From: Armatimonadota bacterium
GTDB taxonomy: Bacteria > Bacteroidota > Ignavibacteria > OLB7
Assembly (NCBI GenBank): GCA_020850315.1
Contig: JADZEY010000020.1
Coordinates: 21,618-85,617 of the forward strand
Length of the DNA stretch: 64,000 nt
Direction of reading: 5' to 3'
The notes beneath the pieces are model-generated. The model worked only from the letters and a program-made list of their open reading frames with translations, made no database searches and was not told the DNA's origin. Below are positions 56,051 through 64,000 of this stretch, piece after piece. The position numbers and the translations under genes were made by a program. Positions within the stretch are counted from its first letter, which is position 1. Every line of letters starts with the position of its first letter.

Positions 56051-56806
56051 ATGCACTTCTTTTTTTCCGATGCTCACTTGGGATTGGGCCAGCCCGCTGC
56101 AAGCCGCCAGCGGGAACAATCTGTGCTTCAGTTCCTTCGGATGGTTGGCCAGCAAGGGGCCGAGTCGCTGTTTATTGTTGGCGATCTGTTCGACTACTGG
56201 TTCGATTACCGGACGGTAATCCCCCGCCAGTTCGTCCGAACCTTAGCAGCAATCGCGGAGTTGGTGGATGCTGGCATCCGTGTGGAGTATGTGATCGGCA
56301 ATCATGATTTTGGCCACCGCGATTACTTCCAGAACGAGCTTGGCGTGGTGGTTCATGCTGGCGATGTTGCCACCACGCTTGCGGGGCGGCACTGCTACAT
56401 CAGCCACGGTGACGGCAAAGCGTTCAACGACACCGGATATCTGATCCTGAAAAAAATCTTGCGCGCACGTGCTTCCAACATACTGTTCCGCGCTATCCAT
56501 CCCGATATTGGCATCGGCCTTGCCATGTGGGCTTCCCGGCGAAGTCGCGATTATACTTCCCAAAAAAATTATGGAGCCAAAGGGCTTGATTCCGAAAAAA
56601 CCGGCGAGTCGGATGGGCTGTATGCTTTTGCCGAGAAGAAAATCCTGCACGAAGGTTTCCAACTTGTGGTGATGGGCCACAGCCACATGCCACGCCGTGT
56701 GGAGTTGGAAGGAGGGACGTACATCAACCTAGGCGCGTGGCTGAAGGATCGCTACTACTTGCGGCTCAGCGATGATGAGCTGATCTTCCAGCCGTTTGCC
56801 GGATAG
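56051..56806 (+). CDS. Calcineurin-like metallophosphoesterase, LpxH-like (UDP-2,3-diacylglucosamine hydrolase family)
   Basis: Start at MHFFFSDAHLG (ATG 56051) with metallophosphatase motifs DxH...GDLFD...GNHD. The upstream 83 codons of ORF 55802..56806 are judged non-coding. Confidence 0.7.
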   Translation: MHFFFSDAHLGLGQPAASRQREQSVLQFLRMVGQQGAESLFIVGDLFDYWFDYRTVIPRQFVRTLAAIAELVDAGIRVEYVIGNHDFGHRDYFQNELGVVVHAGDVATTLAGRHCYISHGDGKAFNDTGYLILKKILRARASNILFRAIHPDIGIGLAMWASRRSRDYTSQKNYGAKGLDSEKTGESDGLYAFAEKKILHEGFQLVVMGHSHMPRRVELEGGTYINLGAWLKDRYYLRLSDDELIFQPFAG

Positions 56807-56857
56807 ATCCTTGACGGCAACGAAAGGGTGGTGGCAAGCGGCGGATGCTTGGTTCAC

Positions 56858-57751
56858 TTACGAGCCCACCTCACGGTTGGCCCCCAACACCCGGAACTGC
56901 ACCAGCGAAACCGCAAGGATCAGAAGGAACGCCACGTAGGCAACTGCCGAGGCATACCCCATCATGTCGCTTCGCTCGAATGCGTGTTCATACACCTGAT
57001 AGACCAACGTTGTGGTGGCGTTCAGCGGCCCCCCTTTGGTCATCACATACACCTCGGTAAACACTTGGAAGGAGCGGATGGTGTTGATGACGATGATAAA
57101 CAACAGCATTGGCCGAATCCCCGGCAGCGTCACGGTGCGGAACTGCTGCCACTGCGCCGCCCCATCCAGCGATGCAGCTTCGTACAGGTCGTTGGGAATG
57201 GTTTGCAGCGCGGCCAAAAACAGCACCGTGTAGTAGCCAATGGCAATCCAGACATCCATTGCCATGATTGCTGCCAGCGCCGTTCCCGTGTTCAGCAGCC
57301 ACCCCTGTTTGGGCCAGGGAAGCCCCACCATTTGTAGCAGGCTGTTGATGTAGCCATCGTGGCTGTACAGGTTGGTGAAAATCAGCGAGAGCACCACAAT
57401 GCTGGTGACCGATGGGATAAAATAGCCGCTGCGGTAGAACCCTTTCCAGGCAATGTTGTTGTTCAGCAACACCGCCAGCAGCAACGCGAAAATGGTGGTG
57501 AACGGAATCGTCCCAACAACAAAAATCAACGTGTTGACAAACGCCTTCCAGAAAATTTCATCCCCCAACAACCGCGAGTAATTGGCAAGTCCAACCCACG
57601 TCATCTGGTTGCTGAGGGTCTTGTAGCTGGTGAAGCTGAGATAGAAAGAGTAAAGAAGTGGCCACAGCCAAAACAGCCCAAGCGTCAGCAGCCAGGGTGA
57701 AAGAAATCCCCACGTGATGGAGCGGCTTTCTAAACGATACGTTCGGGACAT
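56858..57751 (-). CDS. Carbohydrate ABC transporter permease (MalF/UgpA-like), apparently orphan
   Basis: Six TM helices and the EAA-like loop region ...LYEAASLDGAAQWQQFRTVTLPGIRP.... Start at MSRTYRLE; the first 24 codons of the ORF-track entry are translated repeat sequence. No partner SBP, ATPase or second permease is adjacent. Confidence 0.8.
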   Translation of the reverse strand: MSRTYRLESRSITWGFLSPWLLTLGLFWLWPLLYSFYLSFTSYKTLSNQMTWVGLANYSRLLGDEIFWKAFVNTLIFVVGTIPFTTIFALLLAVLLNNNIAWKGFYRSGYFIPSVTSIVVLSLIFTNLYSHDGYINSLLQMVGLPWPKQGWLLNTGTALAAIMAMDVWIAIGYYTVLFLAALQTIPNDLYEAASLDGAAQWQQFRTVTLPGIRPMLLFIIVINTIRSFQVFTEVYVMTKGGPLNATTTLVYQVYEHAFERSDMMGYASAVAYVAFLLILAVSLVQFRVLGANREVGS

Positions 57752-57756
57752 GATCG

Positions 57757-60050
<2,294 letters not shown>

Positions 60051-60067
60051 TTAAGGCAAATACAACC

Positions 60068-60514
60068 ATGTTCCTTTTCTTCGCAATCCTGGTTATCACG
60101 CTACTGTTGGCGGTGGCACTTATCATTATGGTGCTGCTTCAGCCAAGCAAAGGCGGGGGCGCCAGCGGTGCTTTTGGTGGGCTGGGGTCAACCCTGGGCT
60201 CAACGTTCGGTTCGCGCCGTACCCTTGATTTTTTGGCCAAAGGGACAGTGTGGGTGGCTGGCATCATTGCCGCGCTGGCACTTCTCAGCAATATGTTCCT
60301 GATCCCACGGGGTGAGGTTGCAACCACCAAGAATCCAATCTCCACCGAGACAACGGTTCCAAGTGTCCCTGGATTGCCAGCACCGGTGGCCCCGGCCAAC
60401 CCTGCTCCGGCAGCAACGCCAGCACCAACCAATGCTGCGCCAAGCACCACTCCGGCACCATCCGCCACCCCGGCCCCGCCGCCAACTACCCCGGCCCCGG
60501 CGCAAGGGAAGTAA
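60068..60514 (+). CDS. secG: Preprotein translocase subunit SecG with a Pro/Ala/Thr-rich C-terminal extension
   Basis: MFLFFAILVITLLLAVALIIMVLLQPSKGGGASGAFGG...FGSRRTLDFLAKGTVWVA matches the SecG two-helix signature. The ~60-aa tail is low-complexity PAPT-rich. Confidence 0.8.
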   Translation: MFLFFAILVITLLLAVALIIMVLLQPSKGGGASGAFGGLGSTLGSTFGSRRTLDFLAKGTVWVAGIIAALALLSNMFLIPRGEVATTKNPISTETTVPSVPGLPAPVAPANPAPAATPAPTNAAPSTTPAPSATPAPPPTTPAPAQGK

Positions 60515-60536
60515 AACGTAAGATTCCTACTATTTG

Positions 60537-60580
60537 AATGCCGCTCTGGATAAACATCCGGAGCGGCATTTGTTGTTTAT
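60537..60580 (+). terminator. Rho-independent terminator after secG
   Basis: aatgccgctctgga-taaacat-ccggagcggcatt followed by tgttgttt. Confidence 0.55.
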
Positions 60581-60726
60581 GCTGACGCGAAGCAGGGAAA
60601 ACACAAGCCAATTGAAAAATAGGTAGCCCAAGACGGCAGCTTGCAGACAAGATAGAACCGAAGGTGTACAAGTACGGGTTTTTATAGCAGCCTTTAGTTT
60701 GATATTGCCAGAAAAACTGTCCAGAG

Positions 60727-60764
60727 AACAAAGCGGTGTGGGAACAACTTCCCACACCGCTTTG
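60727..60764. terminator. Stem-loop (possible terminator for the convergent lipoprotein gene)
   Basis: acaaagcggtgtgggaa-caac-ttcccacaccgctttgt. The T-run is weak on both sides. Confidence 0.35.
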
Positions 60765-60787
60765 TTGTACCGCTTTTGCCCGATCAA

Positions 60788-61816
60788 TTACTTGATGGAA
60801 AGGCTCCCCATCATTTTGTCGAATGCTGGGCCGTACAAATCTTGCTGCGGGCGATACCAGTTCATGGTGACGCGGATGATTTTGCTGCCAGCCATTGCAA
60901 AGTATGCACGGCTGGAGACATCCTTGCCGCCGCTGTAATTGAAGACGTAGCCTTTTTTCCCGCCAACGCTGGCCGCCGAAGGGGCGCGTCCGCCGTAGTT
61001 TTTCTTCAGTTGATCAACGGCTTGTTCCAGCGTCATCCCTTTGGGGTCAATCTGGTCAACCATCACGTAGCTGTCAACGCGGGTTCCGATAAACTGCTTT
61101 CCGTTGCCTGCGCTAATTGCTTTGAAATTCGCCGGATAGCTGATGCTGTATCCCGGGCCGCTGAAGGGCTTCATCTCTGCCGATGGTGGGTCGCTCACAA
61201 TCGAATCGCGGACTGCGCCACCGGTTGTGTCGCCCGGTGCTGGTGTGGGGGGGGCGGCGGCCATTTTGCCAGGCTTGAAGCTGGCCATCACTTGGTCGAA
61301 AATTGGCTTGTAGTTGTCCCAAGCCCCGATCACCCCAACTTCCATGTAGCTGACAACGTCGCCATCCATCACGTAGAAACGTTCGCTGGTGTACTTGGTG
61401 TCGCCAGCTTCAAAGCTGTAGCTTAATTTTTTTGCGGCCATACCGTTCAGGTTTGCGTCTTCCGGGCCTTTCACCACGCCAGCATCAAACTGCCCGGTGA
61501 ACTCCTTGATGTTGGCATCCATTGCTGGTTGCCCGCCCGGCAGCGCGCCAACAACGATCTTCGCGCCCCGCTCGCCGCCGGGGGTGAAACTGGTGAAGGC
61601 ATCGTACAAGTTTTTCCCGCTGTAAAAAGCGGCGGTTACCCCTTGCTGTTGGGTTTCGGTCCAGCCTTCCGGGTATTTCACCCCAAACTTCAAGATTGGG
61701 TCGCTGTACTCGGTGTAATTTTTCACTTCCGGCTTTGGTTCCTCCTTTCCGCCGCAGCCAACAAGCAGCGTGGCAAGAAGAACGGGGGGAAGGAGAAATG
61801 CTGTGAGTTTTTTCAT
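60788..61816 (-). CDS. Hypothetical lipoprotein with an internal duplication
   Basis: Lipoprotein signal MKKLTAFLLPPVLLATLLVGC. Two similar halves separated by a Pro/Ala-rich linker (AAAPPTPAPGDTTGG). Confidence 0.5.
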   Translation of the reverse strand: MKKLTAFLLPPVLLATLLVGCGGKEEPKPEVKNYTEYSDPILKFGVKYPEGWTETQQQGVTAAFYSGKNLYDAFTSFTPGGERGAKIVVGALPGGQPAMDANIKEFTGQFDAGVVKGPEDANLNGMAAKKLSYSFEAGDTKYTSERFYVMDGDVVSYMEVGVIGAWDNYKPIFDQVMASFKPGKMAAAPPTPAPGDTTGGAVRDSIVSDPPSAEMKPFSGPGYSISYPANFKAISAGNGKQFIGTRVDSYVMVDQIDPKGMTLEQAVDQLKKNYGGRAPSAASVGGKKGYVFNYSGGKDVSSRAYFAMAGSKIIRVTMNWYRPQQDLYGPAFDKMMGSLSIK

Positions 61817-61945
61817 GGTTGTCTAAACTCCTGAATGATGTGTTGAAGGAATGTCAAATGTCGCGTGTCGAATGCGGAATGCGGAATGATGAAGAGCAAG
61901 GCGCGGACGGATTCGGTTGCCGCGCTAAAGTACAACGCCGAAGGC

Positions 61946-63025
61946 TTACAACCAGCGTTTGCGGCGGAAGTAGATGAACATCCCGACGGCTGTCACCGCC
62001 ATTACCCCCCAAGCAAACAAGTATCCATATGGCCACTCAAGCTCTGGCATAACATGGAAATTCATCCCATACACCCCGGCGATGAAGGTGAGTGGAAGGA
62101 AGAAGGTGGAGAAAAGGGTAAGCACCTTCATGATCTCGTTCATCCGGTTGGAGTTCATCGAAAGGTAGCCGTCAAGCAGTCCTGTCACTACGTCACGGTA
62201 GGATTCGGCAAGCTCGCTGGCGCGCACCAAATGGTCATAGACGTTCCGGTAGTAGGCGATTTCAACATCGGCAATCAAATCGAACTCACCGCGTGCCAAC
62301 CGGCTTACCATCTCCCGCTGGTAGCTGGTGATGCGGCGCAGCTGGAACAGCCGCCGTTTCATTGCCAAAATATGCGCCAGAGTGCGGCGCGAACTGCTGT
62401 GAAAAACTTCGGTTTCCAGTTTATCCATCTCGGCATCGAACTCATCCAGCGTTATCGCATACTGGTCAACGATGTCGTGCAGGATGATGTGGTACAAGTA
62501 ATCGGGGCCACGTTTCACCGATCCCGGGTTCCGTTCGCAGTGGGCAATGGCACGCTGGATGGAAGGTGAGTGGTAGTAATGGTGGGTGACGATGTAGCGT
62601 TCCCCCAGGAAGGCGTTCAACTGCCCTGTGTGGATGTTGTGGCCACTGCTGGAAATCCTTCGGCGGGGCGGCTGTGATTGCTGCTGGTTCCCGTCGTCGT
62701 GGTTTGCATTTGTGCTGTGTGGGCTGCCCCCGTGCTGATCTATAATCGGGTTGATGATGCAGAAGAGGTAGTGTTCGTAATCCTCCACCTTCGGCAAGTG
62801 ATCTTCGTCACGCTGGCTTTCGCGCTGGTGGCGGCAATCCTGGACTGCAAGGTGGTGGAAGCGGAAGGTCTGTTCCAGTATCAGCCGCTCTTCCTCTTCG
62901 GTTGGGTTCTCCAAATCCACCCACAACACCAGGGAGGTATCACTGCTTGCCAACAACCCCGGGACTTCTTCAACTGTTGCGTGGCGCATCGGCTGCGCGG
63001 CGGTACTGGCAACCACACGGATCAT
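61946..63025 (-). CDS. corA: Magnesium/cobalt transporter CorA
   Basis: The C-terminal YGMNF...MPEL motif and two TM helices (...FFLPLTFIAGVYGMNFHVMPELEWPYGYLFAWGVMAVTAVGMFIYFRRKRWL) are diagnostic. Confidence 0.9.
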   Translation of the reverse strand: MIRVVASTAAQPMRHATVEEVPGLLASSDTSLVLWVDLENPTEEEERLILEQTFRFHHLAVQDCRHQRESQRDEDHLPKVEDYEHYLFCIINPIIDQHGGSPHSTNANHDDGNQQQSQPPRRRISSSGHNIHTGQLNAFLGERYIVTHHYYHSPSIQRAIAHCERNPGSVKRGPDYLYHIILHDIVDQYAITLDEFDAEMDKLETEVFHSSSRRTLAHILAMKRRLFQLRRITSYQREMVSRLARGEFDLIADVEIAYYRNVYDHLVRASELAESYRDVVTGLLDGYLSMNSNRMNEIMKVLTLFSTFFLPLTFIAGVYGMNFHVMPELEWPYGYLFAWGVMAVTAVGMFIYFRRKRWL

Positions 63026-63963
63026 TCTTCTTCCTCCGGGGCAGTCATTTGTTCCTCAGGGGCCAGCAGTGGGGTGGCGGCAGTGGGGTCGTCCAGCCGC
63101 CCACGCAGCTTAAAGTAGAGTTGCGCTGTTGGCCGCCATTCAATTCTCATGCGGCGCATCACTTCTTCGATGGTGGCCCCTTTGTCCACCATTATCAGGC
63201 CCGCAGTGTGGCGCAGCGAGAACGGGGTAAGCCGGTGGTCACGTTCGCGTTTCACCCCGCTGGATTTTAGCCAACGGCTAACGGCTTCGCGAATCCCGCG
63301 CGAGGTCATCCGGTGGCCCTGGGTTCGGTTGCTCATGCTGGCAAACAACGGCGCAGCTTCCTGGCGGATGCCATCGGGGTAGCGGCGGCGAAGGTAGCCC
63401 TCCAACGCATCGTACACATCGGGGGGGACGGGCACGGTTTCATCTTTCACGGTGCGTCCTTTCCCCTGAACGCTGATATAGTAATCGCCGGAAGCGCGTG
63501 GCTTGATGTCGCCAACGTCGGCGTACAAACATTCCCGCTCGCTTAAGGCGCACCCCACCATGATTCGGATAATGGCGTAATCGCGCGCGCCTTGCAGCTT
63601 GCTGCAATCCACACTCTGCAGAAGTGTTTGCAGCTCGGCATTGGTCAAAAAAGTGCGGGAATGTTTGGATGGACGACGGCCACCAACCACCCGTTTTGCG
63701 GGGTTGTTGGCAAGCACGCCAACGTCAATCAGATACTGGCAGAAGCGGCGAAGCGCGGTCATGTAGGTTGCTACCGAGACGTTTTGGAGTTTTTTTCGCT
63801 CCACCAAGTAGCGTTTGTACCGTTCAACATCCCGCACGCGGAAACGGAATTTTTTATCCACCGGGAACCACTTGATGAAATCCCGCAAGGCACGCTGGTA
63901 CGTTCCGCGCGTCTCGGGGCTTTTCCGTTCGCACTCCTTCAGGAATCCTTCGTAGTGATCCAC
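63022..63963 (-). CDS. Tyrosine site-specific recombinase (XerC/XerD/integrase family)
   Basis: N-terminal SAM-like core-binding domain plus a catalytic domain with ...RLTPFSLRHTAGLIMVDKGATIEEV...TAQLYFK (R, H-x-x-R and Y catalytic residues). The stop overlaps the corA start (ATGA). Confidence 0.75.
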   Translation of the reverse strand: MDHYEGFLKECERKSPETRGTYQRALRDFIKWFPVDKKFRFRVRDVERYKRYLVERKKLQNVSVATYMTALRRFCQYLIDVGVLANNPAKRVVGGRRPSKHSRTFLTNAELQTLLQSVDCSKLQGARDYAIIRIMVGCALSERECLYADVGDIKPRASGDYYISVQGKGRTVKDETVPVPPDVYDALEGYLRRRYPDGIRQEAAPLFASMSNRTQGHRMTSRGIREAVSRWLKSSGVKRERDHRLTPFSLRHTAGLIMVDKGATIEEVMRRMRIEWRPTAQLYFKLRGRLDDPTAATPLLAPEEQMTAPEEEE

Positions 63964-64000
63964 CAGTTCTTTCAGCGTAAGCTGGACTGGCTCTATGGTT

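Overview
This is a GC-rich (~60%) chromosomal segment that looks like it comes from a Bacteroidota/Chlorobi-group (FCB) bacterium. The evidence for that lineage is a secreted BNR-repeat protein ending in a T9SS-type C-terminal sorting domain, an HmuY-like haem lipoprotein, and recurring TAnnTTTG '-7' promoter elements upstream of genes. I call about 48 protein-coding genes and found no rRNA, tRNA or CRISPR. The housekeeping content is glgA (partial), a GH3 hexosaminidase, P5C dehydrogenase, ribE, the haem biosynthesis cluster hemH-hemY-hemB-hemL, ligA, secG, corA and a Xer-like recombinase. There is an iron/haem acquisition region: a di-haem peroxidase-like gene plus imelysin, a porin, a TonB-dependent receptor, HmuY-like, an ABC importer (binding protein, permease, ATPase), HmuS/ChuS haem degradase, a second TonB receptor and a ferritin-like gene. 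Envelope genes include an Omp85-family protein, an OmpA-family protein, NfeD, a sugar transferase, a flippase and an LpxH-like gene.

The most unusual features are:
1. A family of composite intergenic repeats made of purine-rich heptamer tandem arrays ([nRRTGAA]n) joined by a conserved linker to [ACTGACC]n arrays. There are four full copies, all in the same genomic orientation, plus two half copies. Several overlap gene 3' ends, including the last codons of hemH and ligA.
2. An operon of unknown function on the minus strand: a 253-aa protein, a 1416-aa cytoplasmic giant protein with no recognisable motifs, a Rieske [2Fe-2S] protein and a 271-aa secreted protein. A G11 homopolymer tract sits between the first two genes.
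3. A STAND-like P-loop NTPase with a C-terminal coiled-coil and transmembrane hairpin, immediately upstream of an NfeD protease that has no SPFH/stomatin partner.
4. A perfect 14-bp AT-rich palindrome overlapping the predicted promoter of the haem-uptake TonB receptor.

Many long antisense ORFs in the six-frame track are GC-content artefacts and were rejected.
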